IMG/VR virus record: IMGVR_UViG_3300021121_000019
Location: 1 to 29,897 of that record
Direction: 5' to 3' (one strand)
Source of the DNA: a virus
Taxonomy: Duplodnaviria; Caudoviricetes
Length of the DNA: 29,897 bases
Shown here piece by piece: positions 24,736-29,897 of the stretch. The stretch's first letter is position 1. Each line of letters starts with the position of its first letter. The notes beneath the pieces were generated by a model. It saw only the letters and a list, made by a program, of their open reading frames with translations, did no database searches and was not told the origin of the DNA. The translations under genes and the position numbers were made by a program.

Positions 24736-25409
24736 AATACCATTACATTAACAAATCAGAAAACCGTAAAACCGGACCAATCCCAACCACCTACAGCGAA
24801 CGCGGCACATGCCCGCCCAGCTGCCCGCATTACTTGGCCGATTGTTATGGTGAAGACTATTTTACCCGGCTTAATTGGAACAAGGTCCCAAGCCGCGGCG
24901 TAGATATCCAGGCACTTATTAAACAAATTGAAAACATGAAACCGGGCCAGCTGTGGCGCCACAATGTTGCCGGGGATTTACCCGGCGCCGGTGAAACTGT
25001 GGACCCGGCCGCCCTGGGTGAAATTGTCCGCGCGAATATTGGACGCCGCGGGTTTACATACACCCACAAAAAAACACCGCAGGCCCTGCAGTGGATTACC
25101 TACGCCAATTTGTGGGGCTTTACTATTAACCTATCCGCCGATGATGCTGGAGAGGCCGACACCCTGGCCGCCACCGGCCTGCCGACTGTGTGCATTGTCC
25201 CCAGTGATACGCCACAGCACACCACTACACCCCAGGGCCGCTCAATTACTGTATGCCCGGCCCAAGTTAAAGAGTATATGACCTGCGCAGTGTGCCAGCT
25301 GTGCCAAAAGGCCGACAGAAAAACGATTATCGGATTCAGAGCGCACGGGACCCGCGCAAAATTAACCGACCAGCGCGCCCGCCGCGTTATCCCAATTATG
25401 AAAGGGTAA
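24732..25409 (+). CDS. Cys-rich phage Gp88-like / radical-SAM-like putative Fe-S protein
   Basis: N.KTG, Cx3Cx6CY, RHNVAGD, FTYTH, INLS, Cx9Cx2Cx2C and IGF.AHG motifs. Confidence 0.65.
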   Translation: MKYHYINKSENRKTGPIPTTYSERGTCPPSCPHYLADCYGEDYFTRLNWNKVPSRGVDIQALIKQIENMKPGQLWRHNVAGDLPGAGETVDPAALGEIVRANIGRRGFTYTHKKTPQALQWITYANLWGFTINLSADDAGEADTLAATGLPTVCIVPSDTPQHTTTPQGRSITVCPAQVKEYMTCAVCQLCQKADRKTIIGFRAHGTRAKLTDQRARRVIPIMKG

Positions 25410-25412
25410 ACC

Positions 25413-25634
25413 ATGATTAAAACAATACGCGCCAAATACCCCGGCCGCTGCAGCAAAACCGGCGCGGCCTTCCAGGCCGGGGCCGCCATCAATTACGACA
25501 CCAAAACCCGCCGGGCTTTCCTGGCGCCGCCTGGATTAGTCATAACGTACAACGAAGGCCGCCCCCAGTACTTTATACGCAACACCCGCGGCCGCTGTAT
25601 CGATGCGCCCTGCTGTGGATGCTGCACAATTTAA
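25413..25634 (+). CDS. Small Cys-rich protein (GRCIDAPCCGCC)
   Basis: 73 aa; AKYPGRC..TG N-terminal motif and C-terminal CxDAPCCGCC. Confidence 0.75.
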   Translation: MIKTIRAKYPGRCSKTGAAFQAGAAINYDTKTRRAFLAPPGLVITYNEGRPQYFIRNTRGRCIDAPCCGCCTI

Positions 25635-25652
25635 CTTAAAGGATTTAAAACA

Positions 25653-25859
25653 ATGGATTACTTAAACAATGCCGACCTATTAACTCACGCCCTGGAGCAA
25701 ACCGCACGCCGGGCCGCCCAGGCCCTTAAACGCGGCCAATGCTCGCACGGGTGGATTAAAACGGAAAACTATTCCCGGATTGTGTGCTTGGATTGTGGCC
25801 AAGTATTTAAAAGCAGCGCCGAGCACGAACAGGCCCGCGCCGATGTATTGGACCTATAA
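25653..25859 (+). CDS. Small putative zinc-finger protein
   Basis: CSH...CLDCG..F.....H; AAAGGA RBS. Confidence 0.7.
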   Translation: MDYLNNADLLTHALEQTARRAAQALKRGQCSHGWIKTENYSRIVCLDCGQVFKSSAEHEQARADVLDL

Positions 25860-25868
25860 GGGGAAAAC

Positions 25869-26030
25869 ATGGACAAAATAACCGACTTATTGCACGAGAT
25901 ACACGATAACAACATTGACGCGCTGGGCGCCCTGGACCGGGAGGATTTAATAAGGGCTAATCAATTGATTACTATCAACAATGAATTGATAGAGCAGCTG
26001 CACAAAACATTAAAAGAGCAGCTGCAATGA
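25869..26030 (+). CDS. 53-aa helical hypothetical protein
   Basis: Not in the ORF track: MDKITDLLHEIHDNNIDALGALDREDLIRANQLITINNELIEQLHKTLKEQLQ; AAGGGG RBS. Confidence 0.65.
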   Translation: MDKITDLLHEIHDNNIDALGALDREDLIRANQLITINNELIEQLHKTLKEQLQ

Positions 26031-26149
26031 GGACCCAGGCACAACGCGAACACCAAGCCGCGGCCGGGGCCCGCTTTATAGCTACCCTGGCCGCATGGCT
26101 TACACTTTACGCCCTTGGATTAATCCTAAAAGGGTTTGAGAAAATCTAA
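26027..26149 (+). CDS. 40-aa single-TM peptide
   Basis: Not in the ORF track: MRTQAQREHQAAAGARFIATLAAWLTLYALGLILKGFEKI; ATGA-coupled; overlaps the primase 3' end by 50 nt. Confidence 0.45.
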   Translation: MRTQAQREHQAAAGARFIATLAAWLTLYALGLILKGFEKI

Positions 26150-26933
26150 ATATACCGGCGCGCTGGTGGTAGTCGTTACCATCCTCCCCGGTTATTTCGC
26201 TAATCCAATAAGGTAAACCGGTGCGCTGGGCCACGCTTTCCCCAGTGCCTGATTCATCATTGTCGGATATGACAAACCCACGCTTATATTTTTGGGCCAG
26301 CTTCAGCAAATTATGAGCAGAAAAACAAACATGAATTGTGTATCTAATCCGCGCGCTTTTTAAGGCAAGCCTCACGCTTAGCGCGGTCGCGTAACCCTCA
26401 CAAAAAAAATGTTCGCCTTTGTTGTCAAATACAAATTCAGACCCGGCGCTTTTTTGCCCGTATAAAAACTTTTTAGACCCACGCTTGTCAATCAATTGAG
26501 CACCGATCAAATGACCGTCCGCGCGCATTGGAATAACCAATACCTGGCCATCGCTCGGGTGCAAATAAACATACCCAGACTCATCAGCAAATCCCTTAGA
26601 TTTAAGGTAAGGATGATGCGCGAATTGACACTCATTCAATATACCAGCGGCACGCTTGGCCGCATCAGCCTGCAGCTTTAAAGTATTTTCAGCCTCACGC
26701 TTGACCAGATACTCAAATTTTCTGCGATCAATATCAGCTACAGACTCAGGCTTCCAAACGGAAACAGCCTGGTCCAGTGCATGATTTTGCACAAAGGCAT
26801 GAGTCCCCATGTATTTAACAGCACCATTCCTGGACCTGGGATGATCCTCAGTTGGATATCTTTTCCACACACCAATTGGTGGAGGGGCATCAATCAATAC
26901 CCCATGAGCCCTGCAAAATTCAACTAACTCCAT
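26100..26933 (-). CDS. TOPRIM-domain primase-like protein
   Basis: HPYLKSKG, VIPMR, QLI...G.KKFL.G, CEGYATALS, CFSAHNL, SDND..GTG. Confidence 0.85.
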   Translation of the reverse strand: MELVEFCRAHGVLIDAPPPIGVWKRYPTEDHPRSRNGAVKYMGTHAFVQNHALDQAVSVWKPESVADIDRRKFEYLVKREAENTLKLQADAAKRAAGILNECQFAHHPYLKSKGFADESGYVYLHPSDGQVLVIPMRADGHLIGAQLIDKRGSKKFLYGQKSAGSEFVFDNKGEHFFCEGYATALSVRLALKSARIRYTIHVCFSAHNLLKLAQKYKRGFVISDNDESGTGESVAQRTGLPYWISEITGEDGNDYHQRAGIFRFSQTLLGLIQGRKV

Positions 26934-28408
26934 TACCGCATCCTTTTAATCTGTCTAATGTATCTCTTGATACCATCGTCAATAAACTTCTTTATCTCTG
27001 CATTAGGGATTACAACTGTATCGTCCAATCCCCTAGGCCAGACCCCGAACTTTTCCTTGTAGACGTTCGCAGCCCTTCCAACTTTCCAGCCGCTGTACTG
27101 AACATAATATTGCAACATAGACCACCACAGCTGTTTATTTTCGCGAGTCATGGTTGTGCTTATCTCTTCCATCTCTCCAGGAACCGCCTCCACAGTGTTA
27201 CGCCTTTCACGAACATGGCCGCAATTCGCGCAAACATCCATGTACTTGGGAAAATAAGCCTCACACTTTGGGCATTTAGAATCGGTTTTCTCTTTTTCTG
27301 TTGGCTCTGGCTTGGTTTTCTCTGCGCCATCATCCAACTCATGAACTCCATTCGCGTAAACGTCCTCCCAATCCTCGCGGAACCTGAGATAGTTACCCGA
27401 ATGATCTAGCCACAGAGCAAACTTTTTATCAGGGTATGACCGCATAACCCGACCCATCTGTTGGATGTGAGAAGACAAAGACTTGGAGAATGGTCGAGCC
27501 GATACCCCAATCATTACATCAGGAACGTCAAACCCCTTGGTCAAAATGTCAGTAGCTATGAGCCCGTGTATTGCAGTATCAGGCTTAGCAAAATCTTCAA
27601 TCACATCTTTTTTAAACTGATCCTCATCCTGGTAGCTAATAGAAATAAAGTTATATCCCTGCTCAGCAAAAGACCTAGCTAGGTCCGTGCCGTGCGCTAC
27701 ACCAGAACAAAAAACAATTGTTTTACGCGGCCCGCCAAATATTTCGTGTGTTTTTTTAATCCACTCATTGACGATATCACCAGTAATAACCTTCCCGCGT
27801 TTGGTAACCTCGGCCTGGGACCACTCACCCGCTACTTTTTTGGCGCCCTCCATGTTGATCTCTTTTGCAATAAACACACGCAACGGAACCAACACTTCCT
27901 GGTCCACCAGCTGCTTAGTCGTTACTGTTGAAATCACATTCGAGTAAGTGTGTGCCAGGCCCTTCGTGAATGGAGTGGCCGACAAACCAATTACGCGCAC
28001 GCTCGGATTATCCTTGATGAACTGAACAGTTTGCTCCCTGGTCTGATGACACTCATCCACAATGAGAAGATTCAAGCCTGGAAACTGCCCACGCTTTTCC
28101 AGCGTCTGAGCAGAACAAACTTGTATCAACTCATCAGGACGATACCGCCAATGACCAGACTGCAAGACACCATGATCAATGTCATACTTTTCCAGCCTTT
28201 GTGATGTTTGATCACAAAGAACAATACGGTCCAGTAACATTGCTGCACGGTTGCCTTTTGCCCTTGTGGCCTCCAACAAAGCTATTGCCATTTCAGTCTT
28301 GCCAGCCCCCGTAGGGGCATACAAGATTTGACTTTTATTACCTTCAAGAAACCCTTTACGCAAAGCATCAAGTGTTTCGACCTGGTACGGCCTAAGATTT
28401 AATCCCAT
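26933..28408 (-). CDS. Superfamily 2 DExH helicase with C-terminal Zn ribbon
   Basis: LRPYQ, APTGAGKT, DECH, GLSATP, LTKGFDVP, QQMGRVMR, CPKC...CANC. Confidence 0.92.
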   Translation of the reverse strand: MGLNLRPYQVETLDALRKGFLEGNKSQILYAPTGAGKTEMAIALLEATRAKGNRAAMLLDRIVLCDQTSQRLEKYDIDHGVLQSGHWRYRPDELIQVCSAQTLEKRGQFPGLNLLIVDECHQTREQTVQFIKDNPSVRVIGLSATPFTKGLAHTYSNVISTVTTKQLVDQEVLVPLRVFIAKEINMEGAKKVAGEWSQAEVTKRGKVITGDIVNEWIKKTHEIFGGPRKTIVFCSGVAHGTDLARSFAEQGYNFISISYQDEDQFKKDVIEDFAKPDTAIHGLIATDILTKGFDVPDVMIGVSARPFSKSLSSHIQQMGRVMRSYPDKKFALWLDHSGNYLRFREDWEDVYANGVHELDDGAEKTKPEPTEKEKTDSKCPKCEAYFPKYMDVCANCGHVRERRNTVEAVPGEMEEISTTMTRENKQLWWSMLQYYVQYSGWKVGRAANVYKEKFGVWPRGLDDTVVIPNAEIKKFIDDGIKRYIRQIKRMR

Positions 28409-28421
28409 TTAATTCTCCGCT

Positions 28422-28450
28422 GCCAACACTTTTGCTCGTTGGCTTGAGCA
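28422..28450 (-). promoter_or_regulatory. Candidate H-type RNA pseudoknot upstream of the helicase RBS
   Basis: UGCUC-AA-GCCAAC-GAGCA-AAAGU-GUUGGC, then AGC-GGAG-AAUUAA-AUG. Confidence 0.6.
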
Positions 28451-28454
28451 TTAC

Positions 28455-29246
28455 TTACTCTAAGCTTTTGATCTTTTTGTTGAGCATAACAATCTGGCGC
28501 TTCAACTGAGCATTCTCAGCTTGAAACTTATCCCGACTGGCCCTGAGTGACGTATTGTCAATCTGCAACAAACGTATCTCTTCACGCAATCCCTCAATCG
28601 TTTCCTTTGCTAGATCACGACCCTCTTCAGGTACGCTTGCCAAAGCCAACTGATCACGCAGCGACTCGTTCTCTTGAGTCAAATAGTCTATGACCTCGGC
28701 ATTCTTTTCTTCTACCTTGGGCGTAGAAACCAATGGAGGCTCAATCTCTTTTGGAGGCTTTGCAGAAGTTGACTTGCGCTTGTATGTCGTTCCATCTTTC
28801 TTGGTCACAACAATTTCTGCTGGCTTCTCTCTGTACTTGCTCACAAAAGTATGGGCAAAGCCAAGCTTTCTAGCAATCTCAACATCAGGCCATAGAGATA
28901 CCTCAAAGTCTTCCAAGCAATCCTTGAGAATCTTCAGCTTGTCAGCATTCGTTGGCGGTCTGCCATGCTTGTTGTTTGGGTTAGCAAACCAGCAGTAAAA
29001 CTTATAGTCCCTGTACTCACCCTTGCGAATGTCTGCGTCAATCCTAGTCTTGTTGTTCTTTTTATTGGCATAGTATCGATGCCAACCGTCAGCAATAAGG
29101 AGCTTACCGCCTACGTTAAACAGAACTATTGGAGGGAAAACCTCACCCAATAACATCTGCTCTGCATACTTATCCACATCATCACTATTGATCTCTGTTC
29201 TAGCCTGATAGCTTTCTGCTACGTTGATTTCACTTATATTTATCAT
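28455..29246 (-). CDS. ParB/Srx-domain protein with HTH and coiled-coil tail
   Basis: Q.R......V..YA..M..G..FPPI...LLIADGWHRY.A, NNKHG, DVEIARKLG....FVSKYR and C-terminal heptads. Confidence 0.8.
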   Translation of the reverse strand: MINISEINVAESYQARTEINSDDVDKYAEQMLLGEVFPPIVLFNVGGKLLIADGWHRYYANKKNNKTRIDADIRKGEYRDYKFYCWFANPNNKHGRPPTNADKLKILKDCLEDFEVSLWPDVEIARKLGFAHTFVSKYREKPAEIVVTKKDGTTYKRKSTSAKPPKEIEPPLVSTPKVEEKNAEVIDYLTQENESLRDQLALASVPEEGRDLAKETIEGLREEIRLLQIDNTSLRASRDKFQAENAQLKRQIVMLNKKIKSLE

Positions 29247-29399
29247 TTATTTTCCTTGATTCATTGTCCAACCCAGTAGGAAGTAACTCCACTTTGTATT
29301 GATGTTTGTGTTTGAATATCGATGACCAGTCCAGTACTCAGAGATGTCTCTGCCCTTGGTAGCCATGTAATTCTCAAATGCCATTCTTGCCTGTTTCAT
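29247..29399 (-). CDS. 50-aa hypothetical protein
   Basis: Not in the ORF track: MKQARMAFENYMATKGRDISEYWTGHRYSNTNINTKWSYFLLGWTMNQGK; abuts both neighbours. Confidence 0.65.
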   Translation of the reverse strand: MKQARMAFENYMATKGRDISEYWTGHRYSNTNINTKWSYFLLGWTMNQGK

Positions 29400-29632
29400 T
29401 TCTTCATTCCCCTTACAAATGCTGCGAACGATTGTGACGTATCACCAAAATTCTTTAACTTATCAAACTCTTGTGCCACCTCTTCAAGTACTTGGTTGCG
29501 CTTGAAGTTGTCGTAAGCAAGGTCAAAATATTTATTGGCCAGTCTCATCTCTTCACGCAATGCCTGTTGTGTTTCAATTATTCTTTGTTGCTCTCGTTCG
29601 ATGCGCTCGAACTCTTCGTCTTCTTCAGTCAT
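29396..29632 (-). CDS. Hypothetical protein
   Basis: 78 aa, AGGAGG RBS; MTEEDEEFERIE...RNQVLEEVA...FGDT..SFAAFVRGMK. Confidence 0.75.
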   Translation of the reverse strand: MTEEDEEFERIEREQQRIIETQQALREEMRLANKYFDLAYDNFKRNQVLEEVAQEFDKLKNFGDTSQSFAAFVRGMKK

Positions 29633-29802
29633 AACACCCTCCTATTAACCCACCAACATTTGATGTACCCCCAAAATGTTCTTTTAAATAGTTGTGCTTC
29701 TAATTTATTGATGCGCTCCTTCAGCTCATAGTTCTCCAACAACAATTCACTGTTATGCATAGACATCATGTTCCATGCTTTTTGTATGTCTTTTCTAATC
29801 AT
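29629..29802 (-). CDS. 57-aa coiled-coil hypothetical protein
   Basis: Not in the ORF track: MIRKDIQKAWNMMSMHNSELLLENYELKERINKLEAQLFKRTFWGYIKCWWVNRRVL; AAGGAG RBS, ATGA overlaps. Confidence 0.65.
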   Translation of the reverse strand: MIRKDIQKAWNMMSMHNSELLLENYELKERINKLEAQLFKRTFWGYIKCWWVNRRVL

Positions 29803-29897
29803 GTGTTCTTCTCCTTGAGGTATTTTTCGTAGTCGTTCATTAAAGATACTGCCGTTTTTCTGTCCCAGTTTGATGGGTAATACGCAACAACAAATTG
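29799..29897 (-). CDS. 3' end of a hypothetical protein
   Basis: Open frame from the window edge ending ...YEKYLKEKNT-stop, overlapping the next ATG. Confidence 0.55.
   Translation of the reverse strand, partial: QFVVAYYPSNWDRKTAVSLMNDYEKYLKEKNT

Noticed and set aside
28455-28485. Programmed frameshift at C AAA AAG fusing ParB to the helicase
   Set aside because: The site is about 22 nt from the pseudoknot; the -1 frame is not the helicase frame and the +1 frame hits TAG.
1-29897. tRNA genes, integrase/att sites, introns or inteins, stop-codon reassignment
   Set aside because: No cloverleaf or recombinase seen; terL, portal, capsid and helicase are uninterrupted, and genes pack tightly under the standard code using all three stops.

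Overview
A 29.9-kb segment of a tailed dsDNA phage genome, probably podovirus-like. A Betaproteobacterial or freshwater host is only a weak inference. Minus strand from 23250 down to 1 is one late operon: putative terS, a LexA-like DNA-binding domain, terL, portal, an inserted tandem 2OG-Fe(II) oxygenase plus GT9-like glycosyltransferase pair, GroES-like co-chaperonin, scaffold, capsid-associated protein, major capsid protein, decoration/fibre proteins, a cluster of small basic Lys/His/Met/Gly-rich proteins, head-tail adaptors and Ser/Thr/Gly-rich tail proteins. A divergent sigma70 promoter region (about 23250-23490) leads into a plus-strand cassette of small early-type genes (23492-26149). 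That cassette converges on a minus-strand replication module (ParB-like, SF2 helicase, TOPRIM primase). No tRNA, rRNA, CRISPR array or integrase was seen. Most notable: (i) small proteins sharing two short peptide signatures, [MFYL][KA]xGG and G-x-A-x-K-G-x-T-K-G, including a 40% histidine protein; (ii) a hydroxylase-glycosyltransferase pair within the virion operon; (iii) two pseudoknot-like RNA leaders abutting ribosome-binding sites; (iv) composition shifts around terS that may mark the packaging end. All family assignments are from motif recognition by eye, not database searches.
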